DNA of 64,000 nt from assembly GCA_020832285.1 (NCBI GenBank), contig JAFIFB010000105.1, forward strand, positions 10,777 to 74,776. The letters are read 5' to 3'. The position numbers and the translations under genes were made by a program. Of the stretch, positions 37,988 through 48,622 are shown in pieces (position 1 is the stretch's first letter; each line of letters begins with the position of its first letter). The notes under the pieces were generated by a model, which worked only from the letters and a program-made list of their open reading frames with translations, did not search any database and was not told the origin of the DNA. Origin of the DNA: Balneolaceae bacterium. Lineage in GTDB: Bacteria > Bacteroidota > Rhodothermia > Balneolales > Balneolaceae.

Positions 37988-39850
37988 TTAGGAATTGGAC
38001 GCCAGTGCGTCTTTAATTTGTCGTTTAAGCTCATCTACAAAAAACGGACGGCCTTTTACTTTATTGATACCTACAGCATCCACGAAATATTTATCACGGA
38101 TCATTTTCACGAGTTGACCGCTGTTCATTTCAGGAACCAGAATGTGGTTAAAGTTTTCAATCAGTTCACCAAGATTTTTAGGGAACGGATTCAGATATTT
38201 GATGTGAGCATGCGAAATATCTATTCCTTCCTCCCGGAGTTCGCGCGCGGCAGTCCGGATACTTCCGTATGTGGAGCCCCACCCGAGAACAAGCACATCG
38301 CCTTTTTCATTACCACTATCAACCGATTGAAGCGGTATAAAGTCGGCAATTTTATCAACTTTAGCCTGGCGCAGGTTGGTCATCTTCTGATGATTTTCAG
38401 GATTATACGATACATTGCCCGAATTTTCCTCTTTCTCCAGGCCGCCCAAACGGTGTTCAATACCTTCCGTTCCGGGAATAGCCCAGGATCGAACCAGCCG
38501 TTCGTCGCGAAGATAGGGTAAAAATTGATCACCGTTACTCTCGCCAAATCGGGGCGGTTCAAATTTTACATTTACTTTTTTTAGATCTTTTGCTTTCGGA
38601 AACTTCCATGGTTCAGAACCATTTGCCAAATAACCATCTGACAAGAAAAACACCGGCACCATGTGTTCAAGTGAAATTCTGCATGCTTCAAAAGCTGCGT
38701 CAAAACAGTCAGCTGGTGTAGCAGGGGCCACTATTACCATAGGGCTTTCTCCATTTCTGCCATACATCGCCTGAAGCAGGTCCGACTGTTCGGTTTTTGT
38801 AGGCATTCCTGTGGAGGGGCCTGCACGCTGGATATTCAGTACCACAAGCGGCAGTTCAAGCATCACAGCCAGCCCGATTGCTTCACCTTTCAGAGCTATT
38901 CCGGGGCCGGATGAACTGGTAATACCCAGGCTGCCACCGAAAGAAGCTCCAATCGCTGATGAAACCGCTGCGATTTCATCTTCCGCCTGAAATGTATACA
39001 CCCCGTAATTTTTCAGTCGCGACAATTCATGCAGAATGTCAGAAGCCGGTGTGATGGGGTAGGAGCCAAAAAACAGAGGCAGGTTGCTCTGGCGGGTTGC
39101 AGCAACCAGGCCGAGAACTGTGGCTTTATTTCCGGTAATACTCCGGTATTCACCCGGGCCGATTACCGCTTTTTTAACGGTGTATTTTTCTGAAAAAATT
39201 TCTGCAGTTTCTCCGAAATGATAGCCATCCTTCAATACTTTTATGTTGGCTGCGGCAATCTCCGGTTTTTTCCCAAACTTTTTTTCGAGGAATTTTATAG
39301 TGCTTTCCAGCGGGCGATTGTACATCCAGTAAAGAAGACCCAAAACGAACATGTTTTTAGCCCTCTCCACATCTTTATAACCAAGTCCGGAATCAGACAA
39401 ACTCTCCTTGGTGAGTTTACTGACATCCACTTCGAGCAGAGTATATTTGCTCAGGCTACCGTCGTCGAGGGGGTTTTTTCCTTCTCCGTATTTGGCCAGG
39501 TTCAGGTTTCGTTTATCAAAACCCGATGTATTTGCAATTATCACGCCGCCGGGCTTTAGCATAGATAGATTGGCTTTGAGTGCGGCCGAGTTCATCACAA
39601 CGAGAACATCGCATGCATCGCCGGGTGTCATAATTTCTATACTGCCGAAATTAAGCTGAAAGGAGGAAACACCCGGAACGGTTCCTGCCGGTGCACGAAT
39701 TTCAGCGGGGAATTCTGGCAGGGTTCTGAGGTCGTTGCCCTCCAGGGCAGTGGTGTTGGTGAAGAGTGAACCGGTGAGCTGCATTCCGTCACCAGAGTCG
39801 CCCGCAAAGCGAATGGTTACTTCATCGCGGACAAGATCTTTAACATCCAT
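37988..39850 (-). CDS. korA: 2-oxoglutarate/2-oxoacid:ferredoxin oxidoreductase subunit alpha (gamma-domain fused)
   Basis: 620 aa. N-terminal FAGDSGDGMQLTG...EFPAEIRAPAGT (gamma-like), then GSYPITPASDILHEL. Confidence 0.9.
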   Translation of the reverse strand: MDVKDLVRDEVTIRFAGDSGDGMQLTGSLFTNTTALEGNDLRTLPEFPAEIRAPAGTVPGVSSFQLNFGSIEIMTPGDACDVLVVMNSAALKANLSMLKPGGVIIANTSGFDKRNLNLAKYGEGKNPLDDGSLSKYTLLEVDVSKLTKESLSDSGLGYKDVERAKNMFVLGLLYWMYNRPLESTIKFLEKKFGKKPEIAAANIKVLKDGYHFGETAEIFSEKYTVKKAVIGPGEYRSITGNKATVLGLVAATRQSNLPLFFGSYPITPASDILHELSRLKNYGVYTFQAEDEIAAVSSAIGASFGGSLGITSSSGPGIALKGEAIGLAVMLELPLVVLNIQRAGPSTGMPTKTEQSDLLQAMYGRNGESPMVIVAPATPADCFDAAFEACRISLEHMVPVFFLSDGYLANGSEPWKFPKAKDLKKVNVKFEPPRFGESNGDQFLPYLRDERLVRSWAIPGTEGIEHRLGGLEKEENSGNVSYNPENHQKMTNLRQAKVDKIADFIPLQSVDSGNEKGDVLVLGWGSTYGSIRTAARELREEGIDISHAHIKYLNPFPKNLGELIENFNHILVPEMNSGQLVKMIRDKYFVDAVGINKVKGRPFFVDELKRQIKDALASNS

Positions 39851-40051
39851 AAAAGTTTAATAGGTTTGGGGGGATTTTTCAATTCTTTAAAGATGCCCTT
39901 TTTTTGAATTAAATTCATACAGAATTTTTCACTTAAAAGCATCTGAAATGTTATGGCTTATGAAACGTCCCGTTATTATGATTCAAAAATATGAAGTGAA
40001 AGAAAATTTAAAAAACCACATAAAGGTTTTTTGATCAAACAATTGACAGGG

Positions 40052-40768
40052 TTAATCATCTTTTACACAACGAACAGAGCGGCCAAATGCTTTACCACCT
40101 CCAAAGGTTCCGCTGCTTTCGCCGATTCCCAAAGCTTCACCCTGCCGACTGTTGAACTGATCTCTTGCCCAGTAATGACCAGCATTTCCGCGATCACGAA
40201 GGTCGCCTGAAAAAGAGTGAAGAAAACCCGGGGAGTGCAGCCGGAGTGTGGAGTTAAATGCTGCTGTTCTATTACCTTCTCCCATTCCACCCCTGTTTAC
40301 AGGTGCTTCGCGGAAAGCCCGCAACATCTCGACAGTGGGAATACGCCAGGGTTCACCCAGCAGAATATGGCAGGGGTCGTTTTCAAGTTCCCACTCTGTG
40401 TCTTCATCAATGGAAGTTACCCGCCAATTAGGTGTAACCAATTGTCCGTTATGATGATATCCCTGACTTCTGTTAAACTGGAACAGCCATCCTGCTCTGC
40501 CTGCCCGATTGTCTATTGAAGACTCCGGAAAATCTGTTGCTCCTAGATTCATGGCAAGCCAGACTTTGTCTCCGCCCGGACCCGGCCAATCGGCCTCTAC
40601 GGTTGGATACGTGCGATTATTATAAAGACTTGCATTTGCAGGAGTCACTCCATCCACATATCCATGAGCTGCTTCCAGGGGCCCATCGTAAGAGCTTAGA
40701 AAATAATGACAGGAAAAGAGGAATAAAGGCAGAGTGAAAATGAGTACTGCCGCAAGGGGCCTTTTCAT
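40052..40768 (-). CDS. Lipoprotein with FISUMP (Fibrobacter succinogenes major paralogous) domain
   Basis: Lipobox LFSC. WLAMNLGA ... PWRIPTVEMLRAF ... GRSVRCVKD, the pattern of that domain. Confidence 0.65.
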   Translation of the reverse strand: MKRPLAAVLIFTLPLFLFSCHYFLSSYDGPLEAAHGYVDGVTPANASLYNNRTYPTVEADWPGPGGDKVWLAMNLGATDFPESSIDNRAGRAGWLFQFNRSQGYHHNGQLVTPNWRVTSIDEDTEWELENDPCHILLGEPWRIPTVEMLRAFREAPVNRGGMGEGNRTAAFNSTLRLHSPGFLHSFSGDLRDRGNAGHYWARDQFNSRQGEALGIGESSGTFGGGKAFGRSVRCVKDD

Positions 40769-40841
40769 AAATAGTCAGATGATTACAGGTAAATTCATAT
40801 TTTGCAAAGATAGGGAGATGATTTCTGAAATAACAGAACTT

Positions 40842-43007
40842 TCAATCATTGGAATAATTTAATTGATCCGGCAGTGCAAAAGCAACGTAGGTGTCGCCGG
40901 GTTTGGTGCCCATTTTGCCGCCGCCTGCTGCAATTACCACATATTGGCGGCCATTCACTTCATAAACTGCAGGTGTGGCATAACCGCCAGCGGGCAGATC
41001 GGTTTCCCATAGCAGCTCGCCGTTACTTTTATGATATGCACGAAACTTTTCATCTTTGGTGGCGCCAATGAAGAGTAGACCACCTGCCGTTACCACAGGT
41101 CCGCCGTAATTTTCGGTACCAGTCTGAGGAATTCCGCGCTCGGTAAGCTCCTCAAATTCACCGAGCGGAATATTCCATATATGCTCCCCGGTATTCAGAT
41201 CAATTGCATTTAGTGTGCCCCAGGGTGGCTTGATGGCAGGATACCCCTCAGGATCAAACCAGCGGTTGTAGCCGGTATGAGTGTAGAGTACATCAGGGGC
41301 GCGGCTCATATCTATTTCAGCAGCGTCAACTTCAGGTGCGTCGGGATCTTTCAGAAATTCTATGAGTAACTCAATCTCATCATCAGTGAGATAGTTGAAG
41401 GTTGGCATCACTCCCCGTCCGTTATAAATCACATCAAAAAGTTCATTAAAATCCATGCGGTCTCCGATATCTACCAGAGAAGGATTGGCACCATGCTGTG
41501 CTCCGGTTCTGTTGGAGCCGTGGCAAGCTGCACAATTGAGTGAGTAGATCCGTTCGGCACGGGAGAGGCCATCGGCCACTGCATCGGTTTCAACCATTTC
41601 AAGAATCCATGGCATTTCGTTGGAGTTGACGTAGAGAATACCGGTTTCGGGATCAAAGGCCGCTCCGCCCCATTCACCACCACCATCAAAGCCAGGAAAG
41701 ATCAGGGTGCCTTCTTTGCTTGGCGGATCCCAGCGGTTTTCCGTACGGATTTCACGATAACGTTCAAGTACAGCTTGGTGAGATTGGTCCGAAATGTTGG
41801 TTATGTCCTCTTCGCGGAACTCCTGCCTGGCAAAAGGCTCCGGTTTAACAGGGACTGGCTGCGTGGGCCAGACTTCTTCCCCCCGAAGGTCAGAGGGTGG
41901 TACTTCTTCCTCCGTCATCGGGAAAAGAGGTTCGCCGGTGTCGCGGTTGAACACAAATACGTGACCCGTTTTTGTGATTTGGGCTACTGCATCTACCATC
42001 TGGCCATTTCGCTTGATGGTGACAAGATTCGGGGCAGCGGGTGGATCGTAGTCCCAGATGTCGTGTCTCACAAACTGATAGTACCAAACGAGTTCACCTG
42101 ATGAGGCATCCAGAGTTACAAGAGAGCTGCCAAACAGGTTTTTTCCAAGACGGTCGCCGCCGTAAAAATCGTGCCCGGGCGATGCGACCGGTATGAATAC
42201 CATGCCACGTTCTTCATCCAGGCTCATACCGGGCCAGCTATTGGTATTGCCTACGCGTGTCCAGGCATCAGGAGGCCAGGTTTCATAGCCGAAATCACCG
42301 GGGTAGGGGATGGTGCGAAAAATCCATTCAATCTCTCCCGTTCTTACATTAAAAGCACGGATATGGCCGGGAGCCAGGTTATAGACCCTGGAGCCGTGAA
42401 TCAACAGATCCTTGTACACAATACCGGGGCTGGTGGCAGTTACGCGAATATCACGGGCATCGCGGTCGAGACCAGTGGAAAAGTCGAGTGAACCGTTTTC
42501 ACCAAAATCTTCGACCGGTTCACCTGTAGAGGCGTCGATGGCCCAGAGACGGTGCCCGGCTACATAAAAGAGCCGTCGGTTGCCTTCATCATCACTCCAG
42601 GTTGCAAATCCGCGATTTACGCCTCTGGAACGGGGTTCTTCTCCTTCAAAAGGATCAAACATCCATATTTTCTCTCCGGTCGCTGCATCCAGGGCAAACG
42701 CTTTTTTAAGTGGAGAGGTACTATACAAAACTCCGTCAATGATGAGTGGGTTGGCCTGAATTTCAGTTCGCTCGCCGTCCAGGAGATCTCCCGTGGAAAA
42801 GGTCCAGGCCACCTCAAGTTCGTGAACATTTTCGGTGTTGATCTGTGTGAGGGATGAGTATTGTGTTGCGGCCTTATCACCCAGAAAAGAGTGCCAGGTG
42901 CGATACTCTTCACGATCCAGATCGATGACAGGCTGCTCATCACCAGTTGCACAAGCAGAAATCAGCAATATAATGATGGAAAGAGGGGATAGGATTTTGG
43001 GGTTCAT
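40842..43007 (-). CDS. PQQ-dependent dehydrogenase (beta-propeller) lipoprotein with embedded c-type cytochrome module
   Basis: Lipobox ISAC. Propeller repeats (ANPLIIDGVLY, WAIDASTGE, DIWDYD, PPWGTLNAIDLNTGE). CAACHG ... GVMPTF lies between propeller blades. Confidence 0.82.
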   Translation of the reverse strand: MNPKILSPLSIIILLISACATGDEQPVIDLDREEYRTWHSFLGDKAATQYSSLTQINTENVHELEVAWTFSTGDLLDGERTEIQANPLIIDGVLYSTSPLKKAFALDAATGEKIWMFDPFEGEEPRSRGVNRGFATWSDDEGNRRLFYVAGHRLWAIDASTGEPVEDFGENGSLDFSTGLDRDARDIRVTATSPGIVYKDLLIHGSRVYNLAPGHIRAFNVRTGEIEWIFRTIPYPGDFGYETWPPDAWTRVGNTNSWPGMSLDEERGMVFIPVASPGHDFYGGDRLGKNLFGSSLVTLDASSGELVWYYQFVRHDIWDYDPPAAPNLVTIKRNGQMVDAVAQITKTGHVFVFNRDTGEPLFPMTEEEVPPSDLRGEEVWPTQPVPVKPEPFARQEFREEDITNISDQSHQAVLERYREIRTENRWDPPSKEGTLIFPGFDGGGEWGGAAFDPETGILYVNSNEMPWILEMVETDAVADGLSRAERIYSLNCAACHGSNRTGAQHGANPSLVDIGDRMDFNELFDVIYNGRGVMPTFNYLTDDEIELLIEFLKDPDAPEVDAAEIDMSRAPDVLYTHTGYNRWFDPEGYPAIKPPWGTLNAIDLNTGEHIWNIPLGEFEELTERGIPQTGTENYGGPVVTAGGLLFIGATKDEKFRAYHKSNGELLWETDLPAGGYATPAVYEVNGRQYVVIAAGGGKMGTKPGDTYVAFALPDQLNYSND

Positions 43008-43078
43008 TTATTGTTATGGAGAAATAGATTAAAGATCCTTGTGAGTTATTAAACCCTGGAGCTGAGCTTGTGTTTAAT

Positions 43079-44563
43079 TTACATTTCTTGTTTCTGTTTT
43101 AAAACCACAATCCAGTGTCCTTCAGACGGAGAATTCAGGTGTGTTTCCGGTGACACATTAATAGTTTCAGGTTCGCTCCATTCCGCTTCATCGAGGTTCA
43201 GCCAGCGATACTCAAATTGATCCTGACTACTTTCCATGTACAGTATGACTGATCCACCGTTCGGATAGTAGAGGGCGTACATTTTGCCCGGTTCAGCGAG
43301 AAGATAGGCCTCGTTTTCATTACGGTTCGAAAGCAGGTCGTTTCGCGGCTCGGTTCGTTCAACTGCCAGTTCGTTCACAGTCATACGAAGCGATTGGATG
43401 ATGTTTTGAGCACGCGGACTCAAGCCCATTCCGAAATCACTTTTTGCTTCCATATAATCCGGGTCTTCGTATGGATGAGGCCGGTGAAACCGTGCACTGG
43501 CACTTCCGGCAAAAAGAATTCGAGCCATTCGGGCAACGGATTCCTCCTCTCCATGCCGGGCCGCCCCGTAATTTTTATTATTATTGATGGGCCGGGGATG
43601 GTCTGAAAGCCGGTCGCGTACGTAGAGGATACTTTCATAGTGAGCTTCTCCCAGGCCATTCCATGCATTATTTTGTGAGATGTCAACAAACGTGTAACGT
43701 TCGGGTTGATCAAAAATGTGCAGGTGATCGTCACTGCGGATATCTTCATTTCGGCGCATATCGGTAATTTCAATTTCCACACCTGTTTCATTTGCACTTT
43801 CTCGGACGTAATCGGCCCAGAAATCTCCCCATTCGTTCGGTTCACCGGTTTCGTTGTTCATACAGTAGAGAATGTGCGGATAGTTCAGCGAATAGGAGAG
43901 AAGTTTATCAACGTATGCCTTTTGATAGTTCAGCAACAATTCATTATCGCTAAGCAGAGGTACACTATACCAGAATGGGTGATCAGTAGGATTTGTTTGA
44001 GGGTCAAAATCGATATCTGTGGGGAGGCCGGACTCTTCAGGCGTCCAGGTGATATTATTGGCAGGATTGAATGGGTGAAACGACCAGCCACCGAATGACT
44101 GATGGTCGGCGTGTTTATCCCATGGATCCCATATTTCGATCTGCACGATAATATCTCGTTCGTAGGTCATGTCCAGGAAGTTTTCGAACCGTTCCCAGTA
44201 TTCATCGTTAAAGTGATCGAGATCAAACAATCCATCCTCATTTTGTTCATAGGCGAAAACATTTCCCACATTGCGGTGGCTCATCACATTTCGGGCATAA
44301 TTACCGCCAACAGAAACCAGCAGATCCAGATGTCCGGCCAGACCATCCGGATGATTGAACAGATTATCCTGCCACGAACCACCCACCAGCCACACCGGTT
44401 CGCCTTTGTACTGCCAGTAGAATGGGTTTTCAGAATAGGGCTGGATTCTGTCTGCCGCATTGTATTGAATTGAAGAACCGTTTTCAGGTGCATCACAACC
44501 GGAAAACGAGATTGAGGTGAAGACAACCAAAATGCCTGCAAGTAAAAAATGAAAGTTTTTCAT
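43079..44563 (-). CDS. Lipoprotein, putative clan GH-A (TIM-barrel, GH5-like) glycoside hydrolase
   Basis: Lipobox FSGC. YCMNNETGEP resembles the NE acid/base motif. There are no other firm landmarks. Confidence 0.4.
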   Translation of the reverse strand: MKNFHFLLAGILVVFTSISFSGCDAPENGSSIQYNAADRIQPYSENPFYWQYKGEPVWLVGGSWQDNLFNHPDGLAGHLDLLVSVGGNYARNVMSHRNVGNVFAYEQNEDGLFDLDHFNDEYWERFENFLDMTYERDIIVQIEIWDPWDKHADHQSFGGWSFHPFNPANNITWTPEESGLPTDIDFDPQTNPTDHPFWYSVPLLSDNELLLNYQKAYVDKLLSYSLNYPHILYCMNNETGEPNEWGDFWADYVRESANETGVEIEITDMRRNEDIRSDDHLHIFDQPERYTFVDISQNNAWNGLGEAHYESILYVRDRLSDHPRPINNNKNYGAARHGEEESVARMARILFAGSASARFHRPHPYEDPDYMEAKSDFGMGLSPRAQNIIQSLRMTVNELAVERTEPRNDLLSNRNENEAYLLAEPGKMYALYYPNGGSVILYMESSQDQFEYRWLNLDEAEWSEPETINVSPETHLNSPSEGHWIVVLKQKQEM

Positions 44564-44603
44564 GGAAATACTCAGTTAAAAGTTTGGATATTCAAAAGCC
44601 AGG

Positions 44604-45647
44604 TCATGGAGCATCCACCAGTTCAGGATTTTTCATCGTATGGAAAAAGTCGTTCATGATTCCGTAAATATCAAACCATTCCCAAAGTATAAGTTTTCTC
44701 TCATTTTCAGGCCGGTCCACCCACACATCGTTTTCGATGTCCATTATCGGAGCGGGAATCTCATGTCTTTCTGCCCAGTCCGGGTTTTTCAGGATAGCTA
44801 CTGCTGCCATATCAAAAAGTGCCCGGGAAGGCGGGTCACCGTACATGTTGTACATTTCAAATAAGTTGGCTGAGTAATCACCCCAATTGGTATATTCGCC
44901 GCCATGCCTGCCGGTAACCGGTTCACTAATTTCAGGGCCGAGGCCGGGCATGCGATGTAATATCTGAGCTTGTGTCACTTTAACTGCATCTGTTCCGGAG
45001 GGATCACCATAGCGCACTGTCACAAATTCAAACGGTACATCCATCTCAAGAATGTAATTCATAGATTCATTGTCCCAAACCTTGTTGTGCTCACCGGTTT
45101 CGGGATAGTTGGAGCCAAGCCAGACAATACGGACATTTTCGGCGATAGCAGGCTCTTTTTTCAGTGCAAGAGCGATGTTAGTCAGTTTTCCAACAGGCAG
45201 AAGAACCAGTTTTCCATCTCTTTCCTTCATTGCCTGTTCGATGATAAAGTTGACCGCTTCGTGACCATCAAACTCTTCTTCATAAACAAATTCGCGAATT
45301 TCTTTAAAGGAATCCTGTGCACCTGTTAAGAGTGGAATTTTGCCGTATAATTCACCGCAGAGCTGCATTACACGGCGGGCTTCATCGTAGTGGTCCTCAA
45401 CGGGTGACGGAATGTCGAAACCACCGGGATCGCTCGTGGCATTAACGGTTACACCTTCCACGTTAAAATAGTCGCCGCTGAACAGCAAATAGGCGAGTGC
45501 GTGCTGATCGTCCACTTCGTTATTGGTATCGGTATCGAAAATAACATCAATTTTTTGTGAGGAATCATCCGGATTTCCAGTTTTCGTATTGCATGAAGAG
45601 ATGAATAAAAGTGTTAAGATGGTAATGAATGGAATAAAGTATTTCAT
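44604..45647 (-). CDS. Inosine/uridine-preferring nucleoside hydrolase family lipoprotein
   Basis: Lipobox ISSC. DVIFDTDTNNEVDDQHAL (DxDxxxDD). Confidence 0.85.
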   Translation of the reverse strand: MKYFIPFITILTLLFISSCNTKTGNPDDSSQKIDVIFDTDTNNEVDDQHALAYLLFSGDYFNVEGVTVNATSDPGGFDIPSPVEDHYDEARRVMQLCGELYGKIPLLTGAQDSFKEIREFVYEEEFDGHEAVNFIIEQAMKERDGKLVLLPVGKLTNIALALKKEPAIAENVRIVWLGSNYPETGEHNKVWDNESMNYILEMDVPFEFVTVRYGDPSGTDAVKVTQAQILHRMPGLGPEISEPVTGRHGGEYTNWGDYSANLFEMYNMYGDPPSRALFDMAAVAILKNPDWAERHEIPAPIMDIENDVWVDRPENERKLILWEWFDIYGIMNDFFHTMKNPELVDAP

Positions 45648-45649
45648 TG

Positions 45650-46579
45650 TCAGGTTTGATTTGTCTTTGAGATATCTACTTCCGATAAATAGGGGAGAGA
45701 GTTTTGTGCACCGGGACGCATGACAGAAAGTGACGCGGCTTTGACAGCAAACCGAACCGCATCAGAAAGGTTTTCTCCGCGTGCGAGAGCTGCAGAAAGT
45801 GCTCCGTTTAAACAGTCACCGGCCGCGGTGGTATCCACAGGTTGCACTTCGGGTGCCGGGATTATCTGCGCCGATCTGCTGGTATAGAGTAAAGCTCCTT
45901 TTTCCCCCATTGTGATGAGTATGTTCTTTCCACCTTTTTTCCGTAGAATCTTTGCGGATTTTAAAGCAGAGAGCCTGTCATTGACAGTTTCCCCGCTTAG
46001 CTGACCCGCTTCATGTACATTCGGGGTGATTAGAGTCAGATTCGGAAAAAGTTCAGCAGGCAGCTCGGCAGCGGGAGCTGGGTTGAGTATAACAATTTTG
46101 CCCGATTTAAACCCTTTTTTGGCGGCATGAAACACGGTTTTAAGTGGGATTTCAAGCTGAATAAGTAAAATTGAGGCTTCCTCAATAATGTCTGATGCGC
46201 GGTCAAGATCATCAGGCTGAAGATTCATATTGGCCCCAGGAGCCACAACAATTGTGTTCTCACCCTGTTCATTCACAGTAATCTGTGCAATTCCGGAAGG
46301 AGTATCACTGTCTGTGGTGAGGCCTGCCAGTTCTATTCCTTCTTTGGCGAGGTTTTTACGGGTTTCCCGCCCGAAATAGTCATTACCAGTTTTTCCGATA
46401 AAAGCTACACGGCCACCCAGTCGTGCAGCAGCAACAGCCTGATTGGCTCCTTTGCCGCCGGGATTCATCAGAAATTGTCTGCCCAGAATGGTTTCCCCTG
46501 GAGCTGGAAAGTGAGGCGTATTGACTACCAAGTCAGTATTTGAACTTCCGATTACTGCGATTTTACCGTTTTTGGCCAT
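45650..46579 (-). CDS. rbsK: Ribokinase
   Basis: VIGSSNTDLV, GGKGANQAVAAARLG, DTTAAGDCLNGAL. Confidence 0.9.
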   Translation of the reverse strand: MAKNGKIAVIGSSNTDLVVNTPHFPAPGETILGRQFLMNPGGKGANQAVAAARLGGRVAFIGKTGNDYFGRETRKNLAKEGIELAGLTTDSDTPSGIAQITVNEQGENTIVVAPGANMNLQPDDLDRASDIIEEASILLIQLEIPLKTVFHAAKKGFKSGKIVILNPAPAAELPAELFPNLTLITPNVHEAGQLSGETVNDRLSALKSAKILRKKGGKNILITMGEKGALLYTSRSAQIIPAPEVQPVDTTAAGDCLNGALSAALARGENLSDAVRFAVKAASLSVMRPGAQNSLPYLSEVDISKTNQT

Positions 46580-46688
46580 GATTGTGCCGGAGATGTTTTA
46601 ATGATGAAAAACTGACAAAGCTATGGGATCATCTGCCTGATTATAGAAAAATCCTGCAATTCTCTGTAACAATTTTTTTAGTAATAAA

Positions 46689-47546
46689 TCAATCATCCGG
46701 TTTCAAGGTAAAATCAAACTGATCACCTAAACGAATTATACCACCATCCTGAGAAAGGAGTGAGGCGTTTTGCCCAAAATAAGCACCGCGCAATCCGGGC
46801 ACGGTATTCATCAGAGTTAATGTTCGCAACGGTTCACGGGTTTCATGAATAATACCGGTATTCTGATCTACAGTTGTGACTTTACACCTTTTGCACGGTT
46901 TACGAAGTCCAAGCCTGTAGCCGCCTTGTTCTGAGTAAATTTCTTCAATCCTGTTTTCCAGGAATGCTTCAAGGCCCGTTACGACGATATTGGGTCGAAA
47001 ACGGCTCATCGGAACCGGTTCACTTCCGCTTTCGATCAGCCTTTCATTCAGTCGGTTCAATGAGTAATCTGATGTTATCAGATAAGGAAATCCATCCGCA
47101 AAAGCAGTATGAGAGTCTTCTCCTTTCAAATATGAGGAATCAACAATCCGGCGAAACCTGTTGTCAAAGTTCAACAGCCTGAGTTTTTTTCCTTTGAATC
47201 CTCCGGTCTTTTCTGTCAGCCACTTAGCTGCATCATCCCCTTCATCGAAAGCTCTGCACTGATCACCCCAAACTTCAACAGCAACCTCTTTACGGTTGGC
47301 TGACTGCAGAGAAATATGAAAAGCATCACCCTGTGAGTGCTTAAGTTTCAATTCATCGGATGATAAATTGGCGTTGATCGCAGCAAGGGAGGGAAGGTCT
47401 CTCTGGGTAATAAATAATCCGCTATCATCTGTAACCATCCAGTTTCGGTCATATTTTAAGCCAGGCGGGGTCAGCTCTGCTTCACGAACAGAAATCCCGT
47501 GCATTGATTTAACCGGATAGATGACAAGTTGGGTAACGACCGGCAT
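46689..47546 (-). CDS. MOSC domain protein (MOSC_N beta-barrel + MOSC)
   Basis: LVIYPVKSMHGISV ... FRPNIVV ... CKRCKVTTVDQ. Confidence 0.85.
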   Translation of the reverse strand: MPVVTQLVIYPVKSMHGISVREAELTPPGLKYDRNWMVTDDSGLFITQRDLPSLAAINANLSSDELKLKHSQGDAFHISLQSANRKEVAVEVWGDQCRAFDEGDDAAKWLTEKTGGFKGKKLRLLNFDNRFRRIVDSSYLKGEDSHTAFADGFPYLITSDYSLNRLNERLIESGSEPVPMSRFRPNIVVTGLEAFLENRIEEIYSEQGGYRLGLRKPCKRCKVTTVDQNTGIIHETREPLRTLTLMNTVPGLRGAYFGQNASLLSQDGGIIRLGDQFDFTLKPDD

Positions 47547-47605
47547 AAGAAGCTGAAATGATCATTTAAACGTTGAGAATAATATTAATTTATCCACGAT
47601 TTCAA

Positions 47606-48622
47606 TTATGAATCGTATCCCCGTGGATTTTTTGATTGCCAGTTCCAGGCATCGCGGCACATGGTTTCGAGATCACGTTCTGCTTTCCAGCCAAGTTCTT
47701 TTTCAGCTTTCGCGGGATCGGCATAGGTGACAGCTGCATCACCGGGTCGGCGGGGTGCTATTTTATATGGAATCTTGACATTACTGGCTTTTTCAAAAGC
47801 ATGAATCACTTCCAGAACAGTTGCACCTTTTCCAGTTCCCAGATTATAGGTTGTGATACCGGGTTTTTCAGCGAGTTTTTCAAGGGCTTTCAGATGGCCA
47901 TTTGCAAGATCACAAACATGGATATAATCTCGAATTCCGGTTCCGTCCCGGGTAGGGTAATCGTTGCCGAAAACCTTTAATTCGTTCAGTTTGCCAACAG
48001 CAACCTGGGTCACAAACGGCATCAGATTATTGGGAATGCCATTTGGGTCTTCACCAATGTCTCCGCTTTTGTGTGCACCTACAGGATTAAAATAACGGAG
48101 AAGGGCAGTATTCCACTGTGGGTCTGATCTGTGAAGGTCTCTTAACATTTCCTCGATAATCAGTTTTGTTCGTCCGTATGGATTCACTGCACCTAACCGG
48201 TGATCTTCGGGTATCGGAGATCGTTCTGGGTTTCCATAAACGGTTGCAGATGAACTGAAAACTATGTTATACACTCCGGCATCCTTCATCACCTCGCACA
48301 AATTTATCGTTCCGTATACATTGTTTGAATAGTACAGAAGAGGTTTTTCCATCGATTCTCCGACAGCTTTCAGTCCTGCGAAATGTACAACAGCCTCAAA
48401 CCGGTTCTGATTAAAAAGGCTTTTCAGCTTTTCTTTATCACGCAGATCAATCTGATGGAAGTCAGTCTTTTTACCAGCCAGTTTCTGTACTCTTTTCAGT
48501 GCTTCATAACTGCTGTTATAAAGGTTATCAATAACACAAACATCAAAACCAGCCTGCAGAAGTGCAAGAACAGTATGGCTTCCAATGAATCCGCAGCCTC
48601 CGGTTACGAGAATACTTTTCAT
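47606..48622 (-). CDS. galE: UDP-glucose 4-epimerase
   Basis: [26 protein letters not shown]. Confidence 0.92.
   Translation of the reverse strand: MKSILVTGGCGFIGSHTVLALLQAGFDVCVIDNLYNSSYEALKRVQKLAGKKTDFHQIDLRDKEKLKSLFNQNRFEAVVHFAGLKAVGESMEKPLLYYSNNVYGTINLCEVMKDAGVYNIVFSSSATVYGNPERSPIPEDHRLGAVNPYGRTKLIIEEMLRDLHRSDPQWNTALLRYFNPVGAHKSGDIGEDPNGIPNNLMPFVTQVAVGKLNELKVFGNDYPTRDGTGIRDYIHVCDLANGHLKALEKLAEKPGITTYNLGTGKGATVLEVIHAFEKASNVKIPYKIAPRRPGDAAVTYADPAKAEKELGWKAERDLETMCRDAWNWQSKNPRGYDS

Noticed and set aside
37910-38521. 203-aa plus-strand ORF across the korB/korA junction
   Set aside because: It is antisense to two highly conserved oxidoreductase subunits and has no motifs.
46623-46680. Possible fourth relative of the repeat element upstream of rbsK (ATGGGATCATC ... 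AATTCTCTGTAACAATTT)
   Set aside because: Two short matching blocks have different spacing and no Tn/An tract or 5-prime blocks. It needs a computed search before being counted.
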